A stretch of DNA of 33,511 nucleotides from contig NZ_MWQY01000004.1 of NCBI RefSeq assembly GCF_002087085.1, forward strand, positions 186,001 through 219,511, written 5' to 3'. Of the stretch, positions 1 through 8,983 are shown in pieces (position 1 is the first letter of the stretch; each line of letters starts with the position of its first letter). Position numbers and translations under genes: made by a program. Below the pieces are notes generated by a model. That model made no database searches. It was not told the origin of the DNA and worked only from the letters and a program-made list of their open reading frames with translations.

Positions 1-128
1 TCCTGACAATCAATGACCTAATTAGAAGAATTTGACAAATTATGGAGAGAAGGGCCGGGCAGGATGGACGCCAGCCAAACTGAACAGATACAAGATAGAC
101 GGGGACCATTAAAAAACGGTGAAAATGC

Positions 129-659
129 TTACCTCACTTTCAGTGCACCAGTCACCTCGCCGCCTTCCTGTAGACTGAAGGAGGATTTATATTCGTCCCT
201 GGCAAAGTAGATATCTCCGTCAACCTTTCCGTCATATATGTGAAATTTATTCGCCTCCACATATACATCTCCTGCAAAGGTTCCCCCCTGTATCCGGGTG
301 TTTTCACTGCGCACTGTGAGTTTTGGCGCTGTCAGCGTATACCGGGCGGTTACATTTCGGTTCTCATCCTGTGCATACAGGGCGATTTTCCGGTAGATCT
401 CATCCCTGCGGGTAAACTGCCCTTCCACCAGAATTTCCTGATCCGTCGTAATGTCCTGGGTTATTGCTATTATCCAGGTTCCGTTTTTTCCTGCCGCCTT
501 GAGGAATCCCTGGGCAGTATCAACAATCGAAGCGGCGCTTACTGCATCTGCTTCAATCGATTTTTCAGCCGCCTCCGGAGAGACTTTCCGACTGCAGCCT
601 GTGACGATAATTATTACAAGCAGAATCAGCCCCATGGCGGATACCTGTTTTCGTTTCAT
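129..659 (-). CDS. Hypothetical lipoprotein (176 aa)
   Basis: SD GGAGG precedes the ATG. Basic N-terminus, hydrophobic stretch and lipobox IVTG-C. DAVSAAS motif, then beta-rich repeats (GDVYV, GDIYF). Confidence 0.8.
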   Translation of the reverse strand: MKRKQVSAMGLILLVIIIVTGCSRKVSPEAAEKSIEADAVSAASIVDTAQGFLKAAGKNGTWIIAITQDITTDQEILVEGQFTRRDEIYRKIALYAQDENRNVTARYTLTAPKLTVRSENTRIQGGTFAGDVYVEANKFHIYDGKVDGDIYFARDEYKSSFSLQEGGEVTGALKVR

Positions 660-697
660 TACGCACCTCCAGTAAAGTATGTTCTTTTTCCTGACTT

Positions 698-727
698 ATT
701 CTATCATCTATTATCGCAATTTATCAA
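698..727 (-). promoter_or_regulatory. Putative sigma70 promoter of the lipoprotein gene
   Basis: Minus strand reads TTGATA-N18-TAGAAT with a TGn extended -10. Confidence 0.5.
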
Positions 728-864
728 TGCCATCAACATACTGTTTCACAGGCTTTTACCAGCGTACCCCCGTTTCATTCAGCTGCAATTTGCTTCGTCC
801 GGTACAATTTTGTAGCTTTATTCATGTACTTAAAGGAATGATTTTGAAGCAGGGGAGAGAAGCA

Positions 865-1272
865 ATGAGTTACTACATGTCTATAACTTTGCAACAGCCG
901 TTCGATCAATGCCTGGAAAGGGTCACTGGAGCCCTGCAGGCCGAGGGATTCGGAGTGCTTACCCATATTGACGTAAAGGAAACGATGAAAAAAAAGCTGG
1001 ATGTGGATTTCCGCAACTACCACATTCTCGGAGCCTGTAATCCGCCCTTTGCCCATAAAGCGCTTGTAGCCGAAGACAAGATCGGAACAATGCTTCCCTG
1101 CAATGTTATTGTACAGGAAACTGCTCCCGGAACAGTCGAGGTGGCAGCGGTTGACCCGGTCAGTTCCATGCAGGCCGTCCATAACGAGGCACTTCAGCCC
1201 GTTGCCGAAGAGATCCGCGGCAGACTTAAGCGTATGATCGACTCGCTGCAGAGCGGAAAGGGCACGCCGTGA
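865..1272 (+). CDS. DUF302 domain protein
   Basis: Motifs GFGVLTHIDVKETMKKKL, YHILGACNPPFA and IGTMLPCNVIV. Start moved to ATG 865, which follows a purine-rich SD (AGGGGAG). Confidence 0.85.
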   Translation: MSYYMSITLQQPFDQCLERVTGALQAEGFGVLTHIDVKETMKKKLDVDFRNYHILGACNPPFAHKALVAEDKIGTMLPCNVIVQETAPGTVEVAAVDPVSSMQAVHNEALQPVAEEIRGRLKRMIDSLQSGKGTP

Positions 1273-1520
1273 TGCACGGCTGGGGCTGGAACACCGGAAT
1301 AGGCGGCTGGGGACCGGGGGGAGACGTCTTTACCCTCCTCCTTCTGGCTGCCCTGATTATAGGAGGAGTGTATCTGTTTCGCCGCCACCCGAAACAAGGG
1401 GGAGAGGACGAATCCCGGAAGGCGAAACCAAGTGCTGAGGAAGAACTGAAAAAGCGATACGCCAGGGGCGAGATCGACAGGGAAGAGTACCAACGCATAA
1501 AGAACGATCTTGAGGATTAA
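1269..1520 (+). CDS. Small SHOCT-domain membrane protein
   Basis: Gly/Trp-rich N-terminus, one TM helix and the C-terminal motif LKKRYARGEIDREEYQRIKNDL. GTGA overlap with the upstream stop. Confidence 0.85.
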   Translation: MMHGWGWNTGIGGWGPGGDVFTLLLLAALIIGGVYLFRRHPKQGGEDESRKAKPSAEEELKKRYARGEIDREEYQRIKNDLED

Positions 1521-1591
1521 GCCTGACGGAAAGTGTGTTTCATCTGTTCCGGATACCGACAGCTCTGCGGTGTCCCTGTGAGCGGAGGATT

Positions 1592-2179
1592 TCAGGCTTC
1601 CCGGCTGGTTTGAATCACATTCTTCAGCACCCGGTCTGACATTGTGCTGACCGGGCATACCCGGCACCATGTACGGGGACGGTACAGAAGAGCAAGCAGG
1701 GTGCCCACAAGAAATGACGTGGTCATCATGGAATAGATCCGGTATGAAAAATGAAGCAGTGCCGGCGGTAAGACCGGCTGGCTTAACAGCTGAGGCATGG
1801 CGAAGGGTATTTCGAAGATTATGAGAATCCGCACACGGTCAATGGGCGCCATGTTTCCGGCAGCAACCATCATGGTTGAGGCGGCTATAAAAAAGAGGTT
1901 CATACAGAAGTAACTCAGAACGAGGTCTCTGGTCTTCCTTTCCAAAAGGAAACCGGGAGTTTTAGCGGTATCACCCGTTTTCCTGAACAGATCAAAGAAT
2001 TGCGCCCGGGGACAATAGCCCTGACACCAGCTTTTCTTCCGGTCACGGAAAACGAGAACAAAGGGAATTGTCATGCACAACAAACCCGACAGGGCGAATC
2101 CGATGTGTACAAACCCCAGGGTGAAATATGCCAGGGTAATGAATAAAAGGTATCTGTTGAGCGATCTTCCAGATGTCAT
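1592..2179 (-). CDS. Membrane 4Fe-4S-binding protein (NapH/YccM-like CxxxCP type)
   Basis: Two WCxxxCP motifs (WCQGYCP, WCRVCP) follow TM helices. SD AGGAG. Confidence 0.8.
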   Translation of the reverse strand: MTSGRSLNRYLLFITLAYFTLGFVHIGFALSGLLCMTIPFVLVFRDRKKSWCQGYCPRAQFFDLFRKTGDTAKTPGFLLERKTRDLVLSYFCMNLFFIAASTMMVAAGNMAPIDRVRILIIFEIPFAMPQLLSQPVLPPALLHFSYRIYSMMTTSFLVGTLLALLYRPRTWCRVCPVSTMSDRVLKNVIQTSREA

Positions 2180-2331
2180 TTCAACTCCTAAATATAGTAT
2201 TTATTATATATAGATTCTATTTTATTTCAACTACCGTCATGTATCTTTGAAAAAAAACCCCCTGATGTTTCTACCTGTAAAAACCGAATCCATTATTGAC
2301 ACCCGCCCCCATCTTAATAGATGCTGTTTTT

Positions 2332-2688
2332 ATGTCTGAAAAGCAGGAAGATACGTTTTATCTCTACGATCTCCAGGTAGAGACTGTCCGGGGAGAAAAG
2401 GATTTTGTCTGTTCCCACCAGGAGGGTGTCAACTTCCGGGTAATTGGTGAAAACCTTGTTTTTTCAAAAGAGACGCAGTTCTCCCTCTACGCCCTGGCGG
2501 CCATCCTTCCGCTTATTCCCGCCAAACAGCGGGAGACCGCCGAAACCGACTGGATGACCACAGATACCGATATCGCCTGTCCCGACCCCAACTGCGGGGC
2601 CCGCTTCCGTATTACCCGGATTGCAAAACGGATCTTCAGACATTCCGAATGCACGATAGAGCCCCTGTCCCGGAAAACAAAAGACTGA
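2332..2688 (+). CDS. TIGR04076-like protein
   Basis: Motifs LYDLQVE, FVCSH, FSLYALAAILPLIPAKQR and DIACPDPNCGARFRITR. The TTG at 2296 is more likely part of a TTGACA -35, so ATG 2332 is preferred. Confidence 0.75.
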   Translation: MSEKQEDTFYLYDLQVETVRGEKDFVCSHQEGVNFRVIGENLVFSKETQFSLYALAAILPLIPAKQRETAETDWMTTDTDIACPDPNCGARFRITRIAKRIFRHSECTIEPLSRKTKD

Positions 2689-2704
2689 ACAACGGAGTAC
2701 CCCC

Positions 2705-3754
2705 ATGAACACCCGCTACACCTTAAAAAACGGCTACAGCTTCAGCAGAATAATCAACGGAGGATGGCAGCTTTCCGAAGGGCATGCCCTGAAAAGCACC
2801 ATCGAAAAGCAGGATGTTCTGAAGGCCTTCCATGAGCTGGTTTCCCGGGGATTCACGACCTTCGACTGTGCCGACATCTATACGGGAGTGGAGGAGTTCT
2901 ACGGCGTTTTTCTCAAAGAGCATCTGGCCGCCGGGGGAAAGCGGGAGGATATACAGTTTCATACCAAGTATGTTCCAGACAGATCTGTTCTCGCGGAGCT
3001 GAAGCCGAAGGACGTACGGGAAGCAGTACACCGCAGCCTCCGGAAACTCGGAGTGGAACAGGTGGACATGATTCAGTTTCACTGGTGGGAGTACGATATC
3101 CCGGGGTATCTGGAGGCATTACATGAACTGCAGAAGCTTAAGGAAGAGGGGAAAATCTCCCAGGTTTCCCTCACCAATTTCGATACCCCCCGTACCAGAG
3201 AAATCGTTGAATCCGGGATCAGCATTTCCACCATGCAGGCCCAGTACTCACTCCTGGACCGGCGGGTTGAGAACGCCATGCAGGCCTACTGTGAAGAGCA
3301 GGATATCGCCCTTCTCTGCTACGGGACCCTGGCGGGGGGATTCCTGACGGACCGCTGGCTGGGACAGCCGGACCCGGCGGACTGGGACAACCGCTCCCTG
3401 GTTAAATACCGCATAATCATAGACGATTTCGGCGGATGGGAAGCCTTTCAGGAACTCCTGAATATACTGAAGGAGATGAGCGGCAGATACGGCTGCAGAA
3501 TCGCCAACATCAGCACAGCCTATATTCTGCAGAAGGAAGCCGTGGGAGGGGCCATTATCGGGACCCGCAGCAGCAGGCACGTCGATGCAAACGGGCAGAC
3601 CCTCGCGCTGAAGCTGGAACGGGAAGATGTAACAAAAATCGACTCGTTCCTGGCCCGCCATCCCGGTCCGAAGGGCGAACCCTTCGAACTGGAACGGGCG
3701 GAAGACGGTCCCCATATAAAGGTGATGCTGCGGAATCTGAACGAGAAATCCTGA
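2705..3754 (+). CDS. Aldo/keto reductase
   Basis: Motifs GGWQLS, FDCADIY, HTKY, SLRKLGVEQVDMIQFHWW, LTNFD, QYSLLDRR and YGTLAGGFL. Confidence 0.9.
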   Translation: MNTRYTLKNGYSFSRIINGGWQLSEGHALKSTIEKQDVLKAFHELVSRGFTTFDCADIYTGVEEFYGVFLKEHLAAGGKREDIQFHTKYVPDRSVLAELKPKDVREAVHRSLRKLGVEQVDMIQFHWWEYDIPGYLEALHELQKLKEEGKISQVSLTNFDTPRTREIVESGISISTMQAQYSLLDRRVENAMQAYCEEQDIALLCYGTLAGGFLTDRWLGQPDPADWDNRSLVKYRIIIDDFGGWEAFQELLNILKEMSGRYGCRIANISTAYILQKEAVGGAIIGTRSSRHVDANGQTLALKLEREDVTKIDSFLARHPGPKGEPFELERAEDGPHIKVMLRNLNEKS

Positions 3755-3766
3755 CCCCTGTCCGCC

Positions 3767-5137
3767 CTACTCGTGCTGTCTGCCCCAGCCTGACAGTACG
3801 GCAAAGAGCAGAACGAAGAACAATATGACCGGATAGATCATACCCTTCGCTATGCTCACGGGATCCAGCCCGGAAAGCGCCACAGATATAAAGACAAACA
3901 CGCTTAAGAATGGAAGGACCACGGGAATCGTGTTCACGAAACCGTCCAGCAGGTTTGCCCGCCGATAAGGGTGAAGCCCTTTCCTGGAACCGATTTCATT
4001 CACCACCGGGCCGAAGGTAAGGATCGCCGCACTGGTAACACCGCCGAAAATCATGCAGGTTACACAGGAGCCGATGGTGATTGCCAGCTCAGTACCCCGG
4101 TCGGTTTTGGCAAGGCTGGATTTCAGGATTGCCGCCACCATCCGGTCGATTGCGCCGGCGGCCTCCAGAACTCCCATAATACCGAAGACGGAAATAACCA
4201 GGGTAACCGTGGACATCATGCTGGATACGCCGGTGGGCAGAAACCCTGAAACATGGTTCCCCAGCTCTCCCGAGGAGGCAAAGAGGCTCTCCAGGCTAAA
4301 GATCCCCGAGGCAAGCCCGGTGATTGTACCGACCACAAGACCCACGGTAATCGCCTTGAACAGGTCCCTGGTTTTAACCGCCGTATACAGCAGTCCCACA
4401 ACCGGAATCAGCATTACAAGGCGCAGGGGGTCGCCCATGGTCTCGATGTCGGAAGCGATTTCTCCACCTCCTCCAAGGAGAGCAAAAAGAACGATGGCGA
4501 TCAAACCGGCCACAAGAGAATATCTGAATCTGGAGGCCACAACCCCCGCAATATCCGCAGGCTCGCCGTTCTTGAACTGCTGAGTGGCGGCGGAGGCAAT
4601 GGTGGTATCCGAGATGGGAGCGAGATTGTCGCCAAAGATACAGCCCGAGGTAATGGCTCCGGCAAGAAAAGCCGGATTGGCCCCCAGCACCGTACCGGCG
4701 GTAAAGAATATTGGATATGCGGCGAACATTGTTCCTATAGATGATCCGGTGGCTGTGGAAATGACACAGCAGGAAAAAAAGACAAAGGCCACAAAAGTTC
4801 CGCCGGTCAGGTTCATTCTCTGGGCCAGCCAGACGAATCCCTCCGAGGCATTGCTGTCTTTCATCATCTGGGAGAACATACCGATGATAAACAGGATTAC
4901 GATAATGGTAACCGAATTGGTGGAGGCAATTCCGGAAAATACGCTCTTCCAGTAGGCGCTGTAATTCTTTACAAAGAGCCCGCCGATGATCAGCCCCAGG
5001 AATCCCCCCATGGCCAGGGCATGCATATCATAGGACAGGAACACCAGAAACAGAAGCACACAAAAAACAAAGAAGATTGCCAGGGGAATAAAGGCCATCC
5101 CCCACCCGCCACGAAACTCCAATTTTTCTTCTTCCAT
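3767..5137 (-). CDS. NhaC-family (ion transporter superfamily) membrane transporter
   Basis: Polytopic protein with ISTATGSSIGT and GAITSGCIFGDNLAPISDTTIASA signatures. Confidence 0.85.
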   Translation of the reverse strand: MEEEKLEFRGGWGMAFIPLAIFFVFCVLLFLVFLSYDMHALAMGGFLGLIIGGLFVKNYSAYWKSVFSGIASTNSVTIIVILFIIGMFSQMMKDSNASEGFVWLAQRMNLTGGTFVAFVFFSCCVISTATGSSIGTMFAAYPIFFTAGTVLGANPAFLAGAITSGCIFGDNLAPISDTTIASAATQQFKNGEPADIAGVVASRFRYSLVAGLIAIVLFALLGGGGEIASDIETMGDPLRLVMLIPVVGLLYTAVKTRDLFKAITVGLVVGTITGLASGIFSLESLFASSGELGNHVSGFLPTGVSSMMSTVTLVISVFGIMGVLEAAGAIDRMVAAILKSSLAKTDRGTELAITIGSCVTCMIFGGVTSAAILTFGPVVNEIGSRKGLHPYRRANLLDGFVNTIPVVLPFLSVFVFISVALSGLDPVSIAKGMIYPVILFFVLLFAVLSGWGRQHE

Positions 5138-5268
5138 AGACCCCTCTGTAATACTCTTTTACGAAGCAATCGGCCGAAGCGGCCGACACAACGGGCATAG
5201 TATACAGGATGTTCCGGGAAGCACGAAAGTCGGAATTCTGCTGTTTCTATGGAAAATAACACTTTTTT

Positions 5269-5646
5269 TCAATTTTTTTCACAAACTGCATCGATTTCTA
5301 CTTGTGCACCCTTCGGCAGACGGGAAACCTCCACGGCACAGCGCGCAGGTTTATGATCGCCGAAGAAGTCAGCGTAGACTGTATTTACCGCAGCAAAGTC
5401 ATTCATATCGGTGAGGAATACAGTGCATTTTACCACGTCGGTAAGCACAAATCCCCCAGCCTCGATAATAGCCTGAATGTTGGCAAGGGACTGTTTTGCC
5501 TGCTCTTCCACCTTCTCGCTTACCAGTGTCATGGTATCGGGAACAAAGGGGATCTGTCCTGAGACATACAGGGTGTTCCCGCTGAGAACAGCCTGGGAAT
5601 AGGGACCGACAGCGGCAGGGGCCTTGTTTGTATTGATATATCTCAT
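5269..5646 (-). CDS. ridA: RidA/YjgF family enamine/imine deaminase
   Basis: Motifs APAAVGPYSQAV, LYVSGQIP, DVVKCTVFL, KPARCAVEVSRLPKG and VEID. Own SD (AAGGAG) before ATG 5646. Confidence 0.9.
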   Translation of the reverse strand: MRYINTNKAPAAVGPYSQAVLSGNTLYVSGQIPFVPDTMTLVSEKVEEQAKQSLANIQAIIEAGGFVLTDVVKCTVFLTDMNDFAAVNTVYADFFGDHKPARCAVEVSRLPKGAQVEIDAVCEKN

Positions 5647-7272
5647 TGATTCTTCTCCTTGGATCGATGTTTTTTTATCCCGGTACCAGAAAGACCTGTT
5701 CAATCGGGCCTCCGCCCCGCCGGCTGCAGGGCCAGCGGAACGTGGCAGTACGGCGGCGGCAGACAGAACGGCGGAGACCGCCAGAAGCAGGAAATCCAGC
5801 CAGGGGGAGGCTATGGGTAACACCGAATCGACAAACCAGTAATCCAGGCTTTGTATCCGGATATAGATTCCGACAAGGACTGCGGCAAACAGGAATTGTA
5901 CGAGCCGGATCAGCCGGCGGCCTTCTCCTCTAAAACCGAAACTGCGGATGCCCGAAACAGTCTCTCGGATAATTGTCCATGTACGCCAGGATACCAGAAA
6001 CAGCAGCAGGGTAATCATACCCCAGACCGCCTTCTGCAGCTCCACAATAATCCCCATTCCCGCTGGGGAAAGCCCGAGCCAGCTCGTCCAGTCCTTCAGG
6101 ATACAGGCGAAACCGGGCCACACCCGCTGACTATTGGAAAGAAGGACAATGCCGTCTCCGGTTTCGGGAATGGCGTGAAAGTCGGTCATCCAGCCCGAAC
6201 CCTGCCCACCGTGGGATACGACCTTGAAAATTTTTTCCGGGTCGTTGGAATCGGACAGAAATTCAATAAAATGTCCCAGACCGTATCCGTCAAAAACAAA
6301 TTTGTAGTAACCGGACATCGACGATTCAGGAGCGTACATCTCCTCGATACTCCCGGTATCGAGAACCCCCTCGTACCTCGACGAAAAACCTGTCATTCCC
6401 GCAGCCGCGAACTTTGCCACGTCATGGGCAGTACCAAATAGTCCACCCGCAGCCCGGTCAGGATATATGTAAACCGGAAACTCTTCTCCCTGCAGTCCGT
6501 ATCCTTTTGCAGCAGGCGGATAAAAGGTCTCGCTCCATTCGAAGCTGGCGGAAGTCATACCCAGCGGATCAAGGATCTCCCGCTTCATGTAGCTGGAAAA
6601 ATCGTGTCCGCTTACCTCCTCTATAAGGAGTTCAAGAATGTTGAATGCCGTATTGGAATAGGAGAACGTCGAACCCGGTCCCTGAAAAAGATGCGCGTCT
6701 TTGTTAAGAATTTCCTTCAGTGTCGGTATGTTCTCCGCCGTCGGCTCATAGGTATTTCCGATAGTACCAAGAGGCATTCCGGAACTGCCGTTTAACAGCC
6801 TGCGAACGCTTACCTTTTCCTCATTAAAATTACTCTCCGGTATGGTCCAGGATGCAATATAGTTCCGGACAGAAGCATCGAGGTCTATACGCCCCTGTTC
6901 CGCAAGCTTCATTACTCCCCAGGCCGTTACCGACTTTGAAATGGATTCCATGCGGAACCAGGTGTCCAGGGTTAATCTGCGACCGGTTTTCAGGTCCGCA
7001 AAACCATAGGCTCTGCTCCAGACGGGCTCGCCCTTCTGCAGCAGTACCAGCGCGAATCCCGGGACCTCATAGTCCCGCATGATTGCGCTTATTCGATCGT
7101 CAAGGTGAGCGGTTAACTCCGCTACTGAAGCACGCGCCGGTACGTCTCCGGCGAAAAAAACCTTTGCGGAAAATAAAAGCGGAGCCAGGGAAACAAGCAG
7201 GATAAGGGAAAAAGATATCCAGATACCTCGTTTTCCTGATGTGCCCTCATGTCGTTCCGCCTTCGATTTCAG
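5269..7272 (-). CDS. Membrane-anchored serine hydrolase (beta-lactamase/class C PBP-like) with no stop before ridA
   Basis: SxxK (SISK), YSN and HGG motifs, plus three C-terminal TM helices. The frame is open upstream of 7080 and encodes a signal peptide. CTG start proposed at 7272. Confidence 0.7.
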   Translation of the reverse strand: MKSKAERHEGTSGKRGIWISFSLILLVSLAPLLFSAKVFFAGDVPARASVAELTAHLDDRISAIMRDYEVPGFALVLLQKGEPVWSRAYGFADLKTGRRLTLDTWFRMESISKSVTAWGVMKLAEQGRIDLDASVRNYIASWTIPESNFNEEKVSVRRLLNGSSGMPLGTIGNTYEPTAENIPTLKEILNKDAHLFQGPGSTFSYSNTAFNILELLIEEVSGHDFSSYMKREILDPLGMTSASFEWSETFYPPAAKGYGLQGEEFPVYIYPDRAAGGLFGTAHDVAKFAAAGMTGFSSRYEGVLDTGSIEEMYAPESSMSGYYKFVFDGYGLGHFIEFLSDSNDPEKIFKVVSHGGQGSGWMTDFHAIPETGDGIVLLSNSQRVWPGFACILKDWTSWLGLSPAGMGIIVELQKAVWGMITLLLFLVSWRTWTIIRETVSGIRSFGFRGEGRRLIRLVQFLFAAVLVGIYIRIQSLDYWFVDSVLPIASPWLDFLLLAVSAVLSAAAVLPRSAGPAAGGAEARLNRSFWYRDKKTSIQGEESMRYINTNKAPAAVGPYSQAVLSGNTLYVSGQIPFVPDTMTLVSEKVEEQAKQSLANIQAIIEAGGFVLTDVVKCTVFLTDMNDFAAVNTVYADFFGDHKPARCAVEVSRLPKGAQVEIDAVCEKN

Positions 7273-7290
7273 ATCAGACCTCCCCGTCTG

Positions 7291-8175
7291 CTAATCCTCC
7301 GGCGCCAGCCGGAGCTGATACAGGGCAATCAGGCCCAGAGCCAGAACCATTCCCAAAATCTGTACGGGTCCCAGGGGCTCTCCCAGAAGCAGGAAACCCC
7401 AGAGCATGGTCAGCATGGGCTGTATCAAGAGCAGCAGGCTCCCCCGGTGGGAGGGAAGCCGGGTTATGTTGGTTTTTATCAGGATCCATCCCATACTCTG
7501 GGAGAGCAGGGCCATCAGGACCAGGAAGAGCTGACTCCTCCAGGAGCTAACGATAAAATCGACCTGTTCAACAACGGCACCGTAGGTACCCACGAACGCA
7601 CCGGTCACCGCCATGAACACCGCCAGGGAGAGGATCTCGGGGTAGCCTTTCCCGGCCTTCATCTTCGCAAAGCGCAGACCCAGCAGATAACCGGAGTAAG
7701 CAATCCCCACGAGAATCCCGAGAAAGAATCCGATCCCCGGAGAGACCAGGACCTGGATGGTCGGGATCGTAAGAAAAAGGCCCAGAAAAATAAAGGGGAT
7801 GAGCAGCGGAAACCAGGGAGAAATACGCTCCTTGAAAAAGAAGAAGCCGAAGATGGTCACAAAAATGACCTGGCTGTTGGCCATAATGGTGGCAGGCCCC
7901 GCGCCGATGTACAGAATGGTCTTGTGCCATATTATCAGATCCGCCGCAAGGGCGAGCCCTCCCCAGAGGGCCGGAACCAGCCAGCGCCAGGATGCGCCCC
8001 GCAGTTCCCCCCGGACGAGGGCAATACCGAAGAGAAAAATCGATGAGTAAAAACAGCGATAAAAGGCGCTGACCGTGGAGTCCACCGCGGCGAGCTTGAC
8101 GAAAATCGCTGAAAAACTGATACACAGTACCCCGGACAGAAGCCCGACGTACTTTTTACTGGAGGTCGCCTGCAT
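7291..8175 (-). CDS. DMT/EamA family transporter
   Basis: About 10 TM helices in two EamA repeats. Motifs SFSAIFVK, AFYR, FFFKER and LLLGEPL. Start at MQATSS. Confidence 0.88.
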   Translation of the reverse strand: MQATSSKKYVGLLSGVLCISFSAIFVKLAAVDSTVSAFYRCFYSSIFLFGIALVRGELRGASWRWLVPALWGGLALAADLIIWHKTILYIGAGPATIMANSQVIFVTIFGFFFFKERISPWFPLLIPFIFLGLFLTIPTIQVLVSPGIGFFLGILVGIAYSGYLLGLRFAKMKAGKGYPEILSLAVFMAVTGAFVGTYGAVVEQVDFIVSSWRSQLFLVLMALLSQSMGWILIKTNITRLPSHRGSLLLLIQPMLTMLWGFLLLGEPLGPVQILGMVLALGLIALYQLRLAPED

Positions 8176-8198
8176 TCCTGTTTCCCGTATTTCCTGAT

Positions 8199-8612
8199 TT
8201 ATTCCACAAAAGGATTGATTATCCGTATACCCGAATAGAACTGCCCGGTGTTGAGATCCTCGGAATAGATGGCATCGCATTCGGCAGATTCTGCGTTACT
8301 GACAATACATGCATCCCAGAAGTTTATACCATAGGTCTTCCGTATTTCTACCGCCCTTCTTATCATTGAAGAAGATTGAGTAACAAGCTCAATCTTTTCA
8401 AGAAGATGCAGTTGCCGTAAAACAACCTCCTCTGACTGCCCGAGTTTTCCCACCGCCACATTAGCGTACTCCTGCAGGACCTGTGTAGAGATGACTCCTT
8501 CCCCGCTTTTCATAAGACCGGAAATCAGATCCACCGCCTGTCTCTGCTTGTCAGGGTCCCGTTTATCGTTTGCATATACCAGAATATTCGTATCAATGAA
8601 GAACTTGGCCAT
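8199..8612 (-). CDS. PIN-domain (VapC-like) toxin
   Basis: Acidic PIN residues in FIDTNILVYA, ISTQVLQE, FWDACIV and YSEDL. Confidence 0.9.
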   Translation of the reverse strand: MAKFFIDTNILVYANDKRDPDKQRQAVDLISGLMKSGEGVISTQVLQEYANVAVGKLGQSEEVVLRQLHLLEKIELVTQSSSMIRRAVEIRKTYGINFWDACIVSNAESAECDAIYSEDLNTGQFYSGIRIINPFVE

Positions 8613-8622
8613 GGAGTATCCC

Positions 8623-8850
8623 TTATCTCCTGTACTCTTCTTCCCGGTTGAAATGGTAATCAGGAGGAGATTCCCCGGCATAGTCAGAGCATATTGACTC
8701 GAACTCCCGGGCAGCCGAGAGAGCATCCATTTCGTTGGTTATATGTTCAAGATGCCGGCGTATTATATTATTCAGGGTGGAATTGTGCCGTTTAGCGTAT
8801 TCCCGGGCCTTTCGTATCAGTTCTTCGTCTGCAGAAAGGGTTATATTCAT
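8623..8850 (-). CDS. RHH-type antitoxin (DUF6364-like)
   Basis: 75 aa starting MNITLSADEELIRKAREYAKRHNSTLNNIIR, ending 10 nt upstream of the PIN gene. Confidence 0.85.
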   Translation of the reverse strand: MNITLSADEELIRKAREYAKRHNSTLNNIIRRHLEHITNEMDALSAAREFESICSDYAGESPPDYHFNREEEYRR

Positions 8851-8861
8851 AGCATCCCCTC

Positions 8862-8910
8862 TATGTGGTATATGTGCACACATAATACTATCAAAACATA
8901 AGTATATCAA
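8862..8910 (-). promoter_or_regulatory. TA promoter with probable auto-operator
   Basis: Minus strand reads TTGATA(8910-8905)-N17-TATTAT(8887-8882). An imperfect palindrome TATGTG-CAC-ACATA and a second ATGTG lie just downstream. Confidence 0.55.
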
Positions 8911-8983
8911 GATAATAAGCAGGATTGTAATTGGACAGGAAATCATTTACCCTGAGTTCCAGGAAGAATCCAAAGGAGTTTCA

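Noticed and set aside
5170..5187. Hairpin in the nhaC leader as a riboswitch
   Set aside because: Only a single short stem, with no aptamer consensus recognised.
7291..7293. Read-through of the DMT TAG into the in-frame hydrolase (pyrrolysine-like)
   Set aside because: No pyl genes are in view, a shared frame has a 1 in 3 chance, and a strong SD follows the stop.
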